Of a DNA stretch of 64,000 nt, positions 30,001-38,633 are shown one piece after another. The notes under the pieces were generated by a model, which saw only the letters and a list, made by a program, of their open reading frames with translations, was not told the origin of the DNA and did not search any database. The position numbers were made by a program, and so were the translations under genes. Position 1 is the stretch's first letter, and each line of letters begins with the position of its first letter. This DNA comes from an uncultured Calditrichaceae bacterium (lineage in GTDB: Bacteria; Calditrichota; Calditrichia; RBG-13-44-9), in contig CAYVKM010000010.1 in NCBI GenBank assembly GCA_964452045.1, positions 5,218 to 69,217 on the forward strand. Direction: 5' to 3'.

Positions 30001-31144
30001 AACCCAGAGACAAATTAGTCAGCTTCATGGTAAAGCGATGGTTATAAAGGCTGTCCAGCTGAATATTACCATTGCCGGAAATATTCCCCTCAAAAATTTT
30101 TAGATCAAAGGATTGTACATCCAGCACTGAGGGAGAGTAGGCCATCTGCATTTTTGCGGTAAACGGAATTTCCGGACCAAGCTCGCCATTGGAAAATTTT
30201 AATGTAGTACTAATCTGGGGCTTATTTAATTCTCCCTTTACTTCAATATCTGCAACTAAATCGGATCGTACCGGATAAAATTCTGCCGGAATGGAATTTT
30301 TAACAAGGGCGGTATATTTTTCAATATTTGTGTTGAGATAGAACTGACCACGCATTTTTGAAGAATTTTTCAAATCCAGAGTAAGATGGCCATGCATCTC
30401 ACCATCGGGAAGATTTAGTTGTAAGGAATCCAGTTGCAAGGATTCCGGATTGAGTTGACCACTGGCCATGACTCCAAGCGAGTGAAATTTATTGTTATCC
30501 AAATCTACTCCACCAGAATCGATCTCTATCTGGAAATTGTAGATTCCATCATGTAATTCATTTGCGTCCAGGGAAATTCCTCCCAGAGAGACAACCAGAT
30601 TAGCTATTTTGTCGGAGAAAAAAATGGCAGAATGATCAAAATTCACTTTTTTCAGGATTATTTTGAATCCCTGGGAAAGTGAGTCGGACGAGGATTCTGT
30701 TTGACTATTTGTAAACACAGCAGGCAGATTATAAGTCCCAGTAGGTTCTCGAAACAGATTGGCCTGCATTCCTGAAATCGATAGAGAATTAATTTTTATT
30801 TCTTTTTTTAATATCGGCCAAAGGGTATATGAGACATTCAGCTGATTTATTTTCAACAACGGAACAGTAGGGCTGTCACCGTCCTTGCCAACTTCGATTT
30901 GATTTAATTGAACGTGGGAAAATATATTGGTCTCAAGGGAACCGATTTTTACCGATTCACCCAAAAAGGAGGAAAGTTTATCCTGCACCTGATTTTTAAT
31001 TATGTTTTCCCCTGGTGGTAAAGCAAGGAATACCATAAACAGCAGGATGAGAATAAACAGGATCAAAATGCCTTTAAGTATCCAGCCTAAAAGTCTTCTT
31101 CTCATATATATATCGTTATTCCGTTTGGGCTCCATCAATTTCAT
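27038..31144 (-). CDS. tamB: Translocation and assembly module subunit TamB-like (AsmA-like, DUF490 C-terminus)
   Basis: 1368 aa with an N-terminal signal-anchor TM (GILILFILILLFMVFLAL), a long beta-rich body, and translational coupling to the Omp85 gene. Confidence 0.6.
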   Translation of the reverse strand: MKLMEPKRNNDIYMRRRLLGWILKGILILFILILLFMVFLALPPGENIIKNQVQDKLSSFLGESVKIGSLETNIFSHVQLNQIEVGKDGDSPTVPLLKINQLNVSYTLWPILKKEIKINSLSISGMQANLFREPTGTYNLPAVFTNSQTESSSDSLSQGFKIILKKVNFDHSAIFFSDKIANLVVSLGGISLDANELHDGIYNFQIEIDSGGVDLDNNKFHSLGVMASGQLNPESLQLDSLQLNLPDGEMHGHLTLDLKNSSKMRGQFYLNTNIEKYTALVKNSIPAEFYPVRSDLVADIEVKGELNKPQISTTLKFSNGELGPEIPFTAKMQMAYSPSVLDVQSFDLKIFEGNISGNGNIQLDSLYNHRFTMKLTNLSLGSVRHLVLQNQAAFTGEINGGVKTEGPLKNPVDLTVNSTISLTRMFYNSKPMADLNGDLRFDNKIFAVNMRQGESRLKGSFELSNHSVNGNFLANIRQIQTFANLAGISDLKGHLEFSGTISGQTNNPDISLSFRGDSISYQNMPLDTINGGLDYRDNKLILHKTMFSGELTSIDSLKSPFHLMGLTGGIAYNGSVEGPVDDPKGQLNVSLNSVSYQKWQLAKAEINLSLDSGRVELNPSYFQQDSVSLLAEGEYTLKKACGMLGVALTGGNIPVSFAVPFDSTQRKEEIFPFGLVQSTFDLADSSNWRIDVKSYHLDLDKVIRISPLDIPISGNAGFDLSLRGKPPSPRGKFRFELKPFQYKETLVDSIHGAILLTRSDLQLDSMVAFIGGEQSGIKGRLEVMHRATGSIYLSPQSLVNLRAIGKHLSLELFEPFLPEQHKVNGFVNYTLNISGQLEKPKIRGTAEITGGSFLLNPQAPGFENVSLNMAFQDSLFIIKPLQGKYLKTPFQLNGQFITQDWKKFRTNFQLQLSDRETLDLSGRLYPDSLNIQLAVKSMDLSILQPFVPQLNALKGEVSANLSIRGMFQNPSLFGELKIDQLGFQPVNFTETVSDGRMNISLNRQTVRVDSFFFKLAGGTAQATGDFTLDHFELTEANLKTSLENMPIERPDFFKVLIDSAQLVYQKKNGYYQLSGDLALGKSQFTRNIEPQEIIQSLRTARGPITEPTELQKNTRLNIRLRQSKDLWIDNNLANIQFDAALEFIGTLANPNVTGRVQAEKGYVMYLDRKFQVDTAIVDFVDPNKLNPIVNLKATSNVTVYERQQSTDYQIVLMVTGPLDEPVVALTSTPPLSKSDILSVLTLGTTTGNLLSSSEGGSSVTNVLTRRVEAFSSQRITRYLSTQVGNLLGLDQVMIEGNIFRFNQGGGPQLVAKKTFLNRFEVTYSTTVGHINDQGIRLDYNFSKHWAIQGESNQKGETGIDLKYQIKFK

Positions 31145-31331
31145 CCAATATTATATTCAAACCAGCGACAAATGATCCAAATATAATAATATAAATCATT
31201 TAACTAGATTAAATAAAACAAAAATCTCTTTGACACGTAGTTTTCATCAGATGCCTGAATGATGATATCGGCATAATAAAAAATAAATCTGGTTCATCAT
31301 AAATGATGTTTATATTTTTTCGTAATGTGGA

Positions 31332-33260
31332 ATGAAATCAATGGATACTGATAGACTTTTTTTCAAAATATTAAGCTTAAGATTGGGAAATACTCCAATA
31401 ATTTTAATCATCACTTTTCTCATATTTATCATTAGTCATGCCTGTGCCTGGGAATTTATCAGTCTCGAGCAAAGCTATACCAAAAGAGAATATCACATTC
31501 CCATGAGGGACGGGGTAAGCCTTTTCACCGCGATATATTCACCAAAGGATTCAATAAAACAATATCCCTTCCTCATCCAGCGAACACCGTACAGCGTGGG
31601 ACCCTATGGAGAAAAAAATTTTCCGACCTACCGGGCAGATGCCTGGGAACATCTGGCCCGGGAAGGTTTTATTTTTGTCTTCCAGGATGTTCGAGGCAGG
31701 TTTATGTCCGAAGGAAAATTTATCAACATGTACCCCTATATTCCGAATAAAAAAGGAAAGAAACAGACCGACGAAAGTTCGGATACTTATGATACTATCG
31801 AATGGCTGGTAAAGAATATTCCAAACAATAATGGCCGGGCAGGGATTTGGGGCATCTCCTATCCGGGATTTTACGCTGCCATGGGCCTGATGGATGCACA
31901 CCCGGCGCTGGTGGCCGCTTCGCCCCAGGCACCGCTTGCCGATTGGTTCATCGGGGACGATTTTCACCACAATGGTGCACTGAATATCACTCTGGCTTTG
32001 AATTTTTTTCCCTCGTTCGGTTTGCCCAGAAAAGGTTTAACCACCCTATGGCCGGCCAAATTCGACTTTGGCACTTCTAACGGATACAAATTTTTTCTAG
32101 AAACCGGTCCTCTTCAGAATATTAACAAACTATATCTGGATGGAGAGATCCCCTTTTGGAACGATTTGATGAAGCATGATACTTACGACGATTTCTGGCA
32201 ATCCCGCAGCACCCTGAAGGATTATAACCAGGTTAACCCGGCAGTGATGACAGTTGGGGGCTGGTTTGACGCGGAGGATTGTTTTGGAGCATTAAAAACT
32301 TATGAGACCATTGAGAGAAAAAATCCGGGTATTTTTAATATTCTGGTGATGGGTCCCTGGTTTCATGGCGGTTGGGTTCGCTCCGATGGGGATCAGTTGG
32401 GGGATATTTCCTTTGGAAAGAAGACCGGAGAGTTTTACAAGGATAATATCGAATTACCATTCTTTAAATATTTCCTCAAGAATGAAGGCCAATTGAAACT
32501 GCCCGAAGCATTTGTTTTTGCTACCGGGGAAAATCAATGGTTTAAATTTGATCGATGGCCGCCGGAAAATATCAAAAATAATTACCTCTATCTGCAACCA
32601 GAGAATAAACTTGCTTTCCAGCCACCTGACTCGAGTGAACACTCCGGTTTTGATGAATACCTGAGCGATCCCAAAAATCCGGTGCCGTTCACTGCCCAAA
32701 TTACCACAACCATGCCCAAACCTTTTATGGTGGAGGATCAACGATTTGTTTCTCACCGCCCCGATGTAATTTCCTATAAGACCAAATTACTGGACTCATC
32801 TGTTACCATAATCGGCCCTGTTAAAGCCCATCTGTTTGTTTCCACATCCGGCACCGATGCCGATTGGATTGTCAAACTAATTGATGTCTTTCCTGAAGAT
32901 TCCTCCGGCAGTTCTGCTAAACTTCAGAACGACAAAATGAGTGGTTATCAAATGCTGGTGCGGGGCGAAATTATGCGGGGTAAGTTCCGGAATAGCTATG
33001 AATATCCGGAACCCTTTATTCCGAATGAGGCTACCAGAGTCGAGTATACCCTGAATGATGTTTTTCATACCTTCAAGGCTGGCCACCGGATCATGGTGCA
33101 GATACAAAGCAGCTGGTTTCCGCTGTTTGATATGAATCCGCAAAAATTCACGGATATCAACAAAGCATCTGAAAAGGATTTTCGTGAGGCAGTCCAGCGG
33201 GTCTACCACACCGCCCAACTCCCATCAGGTATTGAATGTAATTTCCTGATAAAACAGTAA
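31332..33260 (+). CDS. S15 family peptidase (CocE/NonD / Xaa-Pro dipeptidyl-peptidase-like hydrolase)
   Basis: Signal/anchor, an alpha/beta-hydrolase nucleophile elbow GISYPG, and a C-terminal beta-sandwich typical of PepX_C. Confidence 0.7.
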   Translation: MKSMDTDRLFFKILSLRLGNTPIILIITFLIFIISHACAWEFISLEQSYTKREYHIPMRDGVSLFTAIYSPKDSIKQYPFLIQRTPYSVGPYGEKNFPTYRADAWEHLAREGFIFVFQDVRGRFMSEGKFINMYPYIPNKKGKKQTDESSDTYDTIEWLVKNIPNNNGRAGIWGISYPGFYAAMGLMDAHPALVAASPQAPLADWFIGDDFHHNGALNITLALNFFPSFGLPRKGLTTLWPAKFDFGTSNGYKFFLETGPLQNINKLYLDGEIPFWNDLMKHDTYDDFWQSRSTLKDYNQVNPAVMTVGGWFDAEDCFGALKTYETIERKNPGIFNILVMGPWFHGGWVRSDGDQLGDISFGKKTGEFYKDNIELPFFKYFLKNEGQLKLPEAFVFATGENQWFKFDRWPPENIKNNYLYLQPENKLAFQPPDSSEHSGFDEYLSDPKNPVPFTAQITTTMPKPFMVEDQRFVSHRPDVISYKTKLLDSSVTIIGPVKAHLFVSTSGTDADWIVKLIDVFPEDSSGSSAKLQNDKMSGYQMLVRGEIMRGKFRNSYEYPEPFIPNEATRVEYTLNDVFHTFKAGHRIMVQIQSSWFPLFDMNPQKFTDINKASEKDFREAVQRVYHTAQLPSGIECNFLIKQ

Positions 33261-33499
33261 ACGATTCTTTTCTCACCGATGACGGATAAAAGCGACTGTC
33301 ATGGTAAACATGGAGAAATGCAATTCATTGGCTGGAAAATAAAAAGTTAAATAGACCAGTTTTTATTTTGCACTGGCTTTAATTCAGTTTAAATTTAGGC
33401 CAACAGTAATTGACAATTCTAAAAGTTCGAATCAGGATTAAGCAACCATTCTCATAAGTATTTTTAGTTCAATAAACCATTACACGAAAGGGGTTTCAA

Positions 33500-34087
33500 A
33501 TGAGTTATAGATTTAATTTAATTCTAATTTTTCTGGGTTTATTCCTGCTTTCCGGATTTGCCCAGGAAATGGAAGAGGAATCCATGCAGAATGAAATGCC
33601 GGTTTTCTGTCAGGAATTTCTCGGACAAATTGCTTTTGTGCAGGGGCGTATTATGGAGCTTGAAGCTGCAATGCCCCAGGACAAATACACCTGGCGGCCG
33701 ATGGAAGGGGTAAGATCGGTCGGTGAAGTGTACCGGCATATTGCCTTCGCTAACTATGGCTTCCCGGGAATGATCGGTTTTGAATCGTCCTCGGACATAT
33801 CGATGAAGGATGATATGAATAAATGGGAAACCGCCACCGCAGACAAAAAAGAGATTGCTGATGATCTGAAGAAATCTTTTGATGTGTTGAATGAAACAGT
33901 CAAGAAAATCTCAGCAGACGATCTGAACAAGGTAGTTCATGTTTTTGGCATGGATATGACTATCAGAAATTTCATGATGTCCACTCTGGGTCATCTGCAT
34001 GAACACCTGGGCCAATCCATAGCCTATGCCAGGATGAATAAGGTTACACCACCCTGGACAGCACGCCAGCAACAAAGTACAAATTAA
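33500..34087 (+). CDS. DinB/YfiT-like (DinB_2) four-helix-bundle metal-binding protein, secreted
   Basis: Signal peptide. Conserved His-containing helices (YRHIAFANYGF, HLHEHLGQS). Confidence 0.45.
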   Translation: MSYRFNLILIFLGLFLLSGFAQEMEEESMQNEMPVFCQEFLGQIAFVQGRIMELEAAMPQDKYTWRPMEGVRSVGEVYRHIAFANYGFPGMIGFESSSDISMKDDMNKWETATADKKEIADDLKKSFDVLNETVKKISADDLNKVVHVFGMDMTIRNFMMSTLGHLHEHLGQSIAYARMNKVTPPWTARQQQSTN

Positions 34088-34146
34088 AACAGGTGACACA
34101 ATATTCGATTCCTCACAGTCAATTCTGACTGAAAATCCAGAAAAAG

Positions 34147-34179
34147 GCTTCCTGATTTCTAAACCAGGAAGCTTTTTTT
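34147..34179 (+). terminator. Rho-independent terminator
   Basis: GCTTCCTG(N10)CAGGAAGC followed by TTTTTTT, 60 nt after the DinB_2 stop. Confidence 0.6.
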
Positions 34180-34303
34180 ACCTTTTCATGAATGTTGGAT
34201 GAAATATTGTAACCTTCGCTTTTCTTTTCGTATATTAATGTACAACTGATTTTTCAGAGATTTATAATTAACACAATTTTCAGCAAATGGTCAAATTGTC
34301 CCC

Positions 34304-36898
34304 ATGACCGTGAAAAAAAACAGCCTCGTTCAAAATAAGTTATCTTTGCCAATTTTAATTACACTGGTTTTTATTCTGATCTCCACCCTGCCCTTTTCTT
34401 ACAACCGATGGATTGAAACCACTTTTACCGATCTGCAATTCCAAATTCGCGGAAACCGGGAATTATCCGACAAAATTCTTTTTGTTTTTATCGGACCGGA
34501 GGATGTGCATGATTTGGGCGGCTGGCCCATCTCCCGGGACTATTATGGTTACACCACCTACATTCTGAAAATGGCAAATGCAAGGGTTATCGGTTTCGAT
34601 ATGTTATTTGAGAAACCCGATCCCCTTTACCCGGAATTCGATAAAATGATGTCAGATTTTATGGAATCTGCCGGGAATGTTTGTCTTCCTATGGCTTTCG
34701 GTGAAATGAAGACAAATACAGCCAAAAATAACAATTCCGACTATTTTAAAGGATATCAACCTGTCTATCCCATGGATCAAATAAGGAATGTAGTAGCTGG
34801 AATTGGATTCAGTAATTTTGGCAACGCTCCCGATCTATTGACTGTCCCTCTGGTCGCACAGCAGGACGATCGATACTACTACTCCTTTGGCAGCGAACTC
34901 GCCCGACTTTATCTTGGTCCCGGTTCAAAAATATCCTTAAATAAAAAAGGACTCCTCATTCAGACCAAAGCAGAGAAATTGATACGGGTTCCGCTGGATA
35001 GATCCGGACAAATGAAACTGAACCACTTTGGCGGGATAAAAAATCTAAATAGTATCAGTTTGGTGGATTTACTCCAGACTTTTGAAACATCACCGGATTC
35101 ACTCGACTTTTCCGATAAACTGGTGTTGGTTGGCGTTACTGCGCCATCTATTTCCATCATCAAAGCAACGCCGTTAAGCAGTTCACTGCCGGCTTCTCTG
35201 ATCCATGCCACCGTTGCCGAAAATATCATCGAGGGCAATTTTTTAAGGGATCCACCGTTCTATGTTCAGTGGTTGATTATTGCAGGTCTGGTATTCCTGT
35301 TTTATGCCCTGTGGCAATTAAAATGGATCAATAACCGCAACTGGATTGGTTTTGCATTATTGGCAGTTTTCTGGCTGGTGGCGATTACCATCTTTCGTCA
35401 ATTTCATGTGAATGTCCCCATTTTTTATCCTTCTCTCGCCCTAATATTTACCGACTTTTCCCTTAAAATTTTGAATCGGCGGGAACTTCGCTCGGAGGGG
35501 CTTTCGGTAAAATCGCTTCTGGAGAGCCATCTGAAAGAAAAAGAGAAAGAGCTAAACCGCGCCAGAGAGCAGCTCACCCAATATCAAAATGAATTAAAGG
35601 TGAAGGAAAAATATTCCGAGGAACTTCAACAGATCTCCAGTGCCCGGCAGGAAGCCATCCTGCAATTGGAAAATGAACTTCGGGACCTGGAAACATATAT
35701 CATTCCGGAAAAACCGGCTAATGTTCCGGAATTTGCCGATATGATCCATGGACCCAACAGTAAACTGAAAGAGGTGCTTGAGCTGATCCACCGGATTCGC
35801 TCGGATAATATTCCCGTACTCATCATCGGTGAAACCGGTACCGGTAAGGAAATGGTCGCCCGGGCTATTCACCGGACCAGCCCGCGCAAAAACAATCCGT
35901 TTGTTGCAGTAAACTGTGGCGCTCTTACCGAAACCCTGCTCGAGAGCGAACTCTTCGGTCACGAAAAAGGCAGTTTTACCGGTGCCCATTCCCTTCGAAG
36001 AGGTCGTTTTGAGATGGCCGATGGTGGAACAATTTTTCTGGATGAAATTGCTGAAACCTCTCCTTCCTTCCAGGCAAAACTGCTGCGAATTCTGCAGGAG
36101 GGTGTTTTCGAACGGGTTGGTGGTGAGCAGAGCATCATGGTCGATGTTAGGGTCATCGCCGCCAGCAACAAAGATCTAAAATTCTATATCGATTCTGGTA
36201 AATTCAGGGACGACCTGTTCTATCGGCTGAATGGGTTTCCGATAGAACTTCCACCTTTACGGGAGCGCTTGGAAGATATTCCACTGTTGGCAAATCATTT
36301 TTTAGGCAAATATGCGTATCCACCGGTGAAGAAATTTTCGGATCAGGCAATGTCCGCCCTGATACAATATACCTGGCCGGGAAATGTGAGAGAGCTGGAA
36401 AACATCATTCGGCGGGCGGCTCTGCTGGCCCAGAGTGAAAAACGGGAAATGATCCGGCTAACCGATCTACCCACTGAAATACAAACCCGGATTGCCCCGG
36501 AAAAGGTTGGGGAAAAATTCAAATCATTCGAGGATCAAATTCTGGAAATGCTTCGGTCCTTCCGCTTTTCCCATTCGGCTATTTCACAGACCGCCAAAGC
36601 GCTGGGTAACCGGGACCGTGGGACCATAACCGAGTACTTCAGGGGAATATGTTTTCACGAACTGGCGGAAGCAAATTTTGACGTCCTGAAAGCAGCAGAA
36701 AACATATCTGCAGCCGAAGACTTGAAAATCGTAGAAAAAGTAATGAAAAAAATCAGGGAGTATATAAAAAACCTTGAACCACTTCCTGACGCCCAATCAC
36801 TTGAGGGAGATGAATTTAGTCGGCTTCCTCAGTTTAAAGGATTGCCCAGAAAATATCACCAGGATTTAATCCGGTTGATCTCCCATCTCCGGCAATAA
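34304..36898 (+). CDS. Membrane-integrated sigma-54-dependent transcriptional activator with an N-terminal CHASE2-type extracytoplasmic sensor
   Basis: TM1, then about 300 aa periplasmic region, then 3 TM ([48 protein letters not shown]), a coiled coil, and an AAA+ sigma-54 domain (Walker [15 protein letters not shown]-like [10 protein letters not shown], Walker [12 protein letters not shown]). A Fis-type HTH ([19 protein letters not shown]) is followed by an extra C-terminal extension of about 90 aa. Confidence 0.75.
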   Translation: MTVKKNSLVQNKLSLPILITLVFILISTLPFSYNRWIETTFTDLQFQIRGNRELSDKILFVFIGPEDVHDLGGWPISRDYYGYTTYILKMANARVIGFDMLFEKPDPLYPEFDKMMSDFMESAGNVCLPMAFGEMKTNTAKNNNSDYFKGYQPVYPMDQIRNVVAGIGFSNFGNAPDLLTVPLVAQQDDRYYYSFGSELARLYLGPGSKISLNKKGLLIQTKAEKLIRVPLDRSGQMKLNHFGGIKNLNSISLVDLLQTFETSPDSLDFSDKLVLVGVTAPSISIIKATPLSSSLPASLIHATVAENIIEGNFLRDPPFYVQWLIIAGLVFLFYALWQLKWINNRNWIGFALLAVFWLVAITIFRQFHVNVPIFYPSLALIFTDFSLKILNRRELRSEGLSVKSLLESHLKEKEKELNRAREQLTQYQNELKVKEKYSEELQQISSARQEAILQLENELRDLETYIIPEKPANVPEFADMIHGPNSKLKEVLELIHRIRSDNIPVLIIGETGTGKEMVARAIHRTSPRKNNPFVAVNCGALTETLLESELFGHEKGSFTGAHSLRRGRFEMADGGTIFLDEIAETSPSFQAKLLRILQEGVFERVGGEQSIMVDVRVIAASNKDLKFYIDSGKFRDDLFYRLNGFPIELPPLRERLEDIPLLANHFLGKYAYPPVKKFSDQAMSALIQYTWPGNVRELENIIRRAALLAQSEKREMIRLTDLPTEIQTRIAPEKVGEKFKSFEDQILEMLRSFRFSHSAISQTAKALGNRDRGTITEYFRGICFHELAEANFDVLKAAENISAAEDLKIVEKVMKKIREYIKNLEPLPDAQSLEGDEFSRLPQFKGLPRKYHQDLIRLISHLRQ

Positions 36899-37064
36899 TC
36901 CAAATCCCATTTACCCTGCATACCTTTCCAGTTTTGTAAGTGCGGGAAAATTCCGCATTCCAGAATAATTCCGCAGTTTCATCCAAAAAAATGAGCTAAT
37001 TTCTTTTACCACATAACTTATTAATATTATTGAAATAGCCCGTAATATATTCCACCAAAAAATT

Positions 37065-37081
37065 GTGGCACCGAATTTGAG
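37065..37081 (+). promoter_or_regulatory. Sigma-54-like promoter (perfect -24 TGGCAC, degenerate -12 TTGA)
   Basis: TGGCAC at 37065-37070, a 5-nt spacer, TTGA at 37076-79. It lies about 55 nt upstream of the ATG at 37138 and directly downstream of the sigma-54 activator gene. The -12 GC is replaced by GA, so this is tentative. Confidence 0.3.
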
Positions 37082-37137
37082 CATTCAGACCATAGCAGTG
37101 CAAATAACAACTGGATTAAAACAAGTGAGGTGTAACA

Positions 37138-37775
37138 TGAAAAAGTTATGGTTTGGTGTTTTAACGGTTATAATTCTGATGTTGATTATGACAAACTATT
37201 CCACAGCCAATGGTTGGCCACGAACCGGCCTTGGATTCCGGGCTTCTTATGCGGATATCGTTAATAAGGCGCAATGGATTAGTATCCATGGTGCGGAATC
37301 CGACGTCAATATAGGCGCTTATGGCGGTTCCATTTTTTTCTACTCCCAAATTCAACAACAATTATATGTTGAATTCACCCTGGGTGCCATAGGCAGTGTG
37401 CACGACCGGGTTGATTCTTGGTACCAGGAAGAAACAAACACCGCAGCCCTGATTCCGGTGCTCTTTGGTGCACGATATGAATTGCTCTCCCCAACCATCA
37501 AATCTAACCTTCGTCCCTATATCTCAGCCGCCATCGGACCCTACTGGTTGAATGAAATCAGAGTCTATGGTGACCATTATTATGATCAAGAAGTAACCAT
37601 CGACACTTTTATAAGACTGGGTGGATATGCCGGAATTGGTATGAATTTTATGCTGAGCAAAGATTTCGCTATTAATTATGATATGCGCTATCACGTGGTT
37701 GATTTTCAGGATAAGCGATATCATAACGGATTCGAAATTGGGATTGGCTTCACCATTTTATGGGGTACTGAATAA
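37138..37775 (+). CDS. Outer-membrane beta-barrel protein (OmpW/OmpA-barrel-like), paralog of the 38634 N-domain
   Basis: GTGAGGTG RBS before the ATG at 37138 (track start 37065 is GTG). Signal peptide; alternating-hydrophobic beta-strands ending in an aromatic. Shares LFGARYELLSP with LFGARYDLLSP of the downstream gene. Confidence 0.55.
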
Positions 37776-37840
37776 AGAAAATGCTCAATTAAATAAGGAA
37801 TCAAAAAATTATATCATCAAAAATATGAAAGGAGTTTAAC

Positions 37841-38521
37841 ATGAAAATCACAATCTGTTTATCTATCCTGTTCATCGGAGTAACGCTAATATCGCCAGTA
37901 GTAGGTCAGATATCAATGGGCGTTATTGGTGGAGTAAATTTTTCCGACTTCACTTTAGAAAACACCGGGGAAGGATCTGAAGTTGCGATGCGCACTGCCT
38001 ATACGGTTGGGGTATCCATCAACTATACCATTCATCGGAATTTGCAGCTGTCTTTTGAACCATTGTATCTGCAAAAAAACGCCCGTCTGAATCAGGTTTC
38101 TCCCGATCCGGCCATTGATATCAGTATTACTTACCTTGAGGTTCCACTGTTTGTTAAAACTTATTTTGGTGAGGATATTCGACCTTACCTTCTGGCAGGA
38201 CCCTCGGTAGGGATTCTCCTGAATTCCGAAGCACGATCAGTATTTTTAGGAGAACGATTTTCCGGCAGCATTAATAATGTGCTTCAAAGAACGAACTTCG
38301 GTTTAGCTTTTGGTGGTGGTATCAGTATTCCGGTTGGTCGGAGTACTTTCTTCTTTGAAGGATATTACACCCTCGGACTTACAGATATGAGTAAAGAAGG
38401 ATCCCTTGAATTCAAAACTGATAATATGACACTGAGTACCGGAATCGATGATAAAACCGATGCGAGATCCCGCGGAATTCGGATATTAACCGGTTTGAGT
38501 ATTCCTCTGGGACGCGAATAG
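37841..38521 (+). CDS. Outer-membrane beta-barrel protein (porin-family, OMP_b-brl-like)
   Basis: AAAGGAG RBS, signal peptide, amphipathic beta-strands. Confidence 0.55.
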   Translation: MKITICLSILFIGVTLISPVVGQISMGVIGGVNFSDFTLENTGEGSEVAMRTAYTVGVSINYTIHRNLQLSFEPLYLQKNARLNQVSPDPAIDISITYLEVPLFVKTYFGEDIRPYLLAGPSVGILLNSEARSVFLGERFSGSINNVLQRTNFGLAFGGGISIPVGRSTFFFEGYYTLGLTDMSKEGSLEFKTDNMTLSTGIDDKTDARSRGIRILTGLSIPLGRE

Positions 38522-38633
38522 GCAACAAAATTAAATGTTAAAGGAAAAATTAAATATAATTTCACTGAATATGTTATATTTGTAACACAAGGACATTAAA
38601 ATCGTAAATGAGAAAGCATAGGTAATCGAAGCC

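Noticed and set aside
37065-37081. Calling a definite sigma-54 promoter
   Set aside because: The -24 element is perfect but the -12 is TTGA rather than TTGC, and without a PWM score or a TSS it can only be tentative. It is kept as a low-confidence feature, not a firm call.
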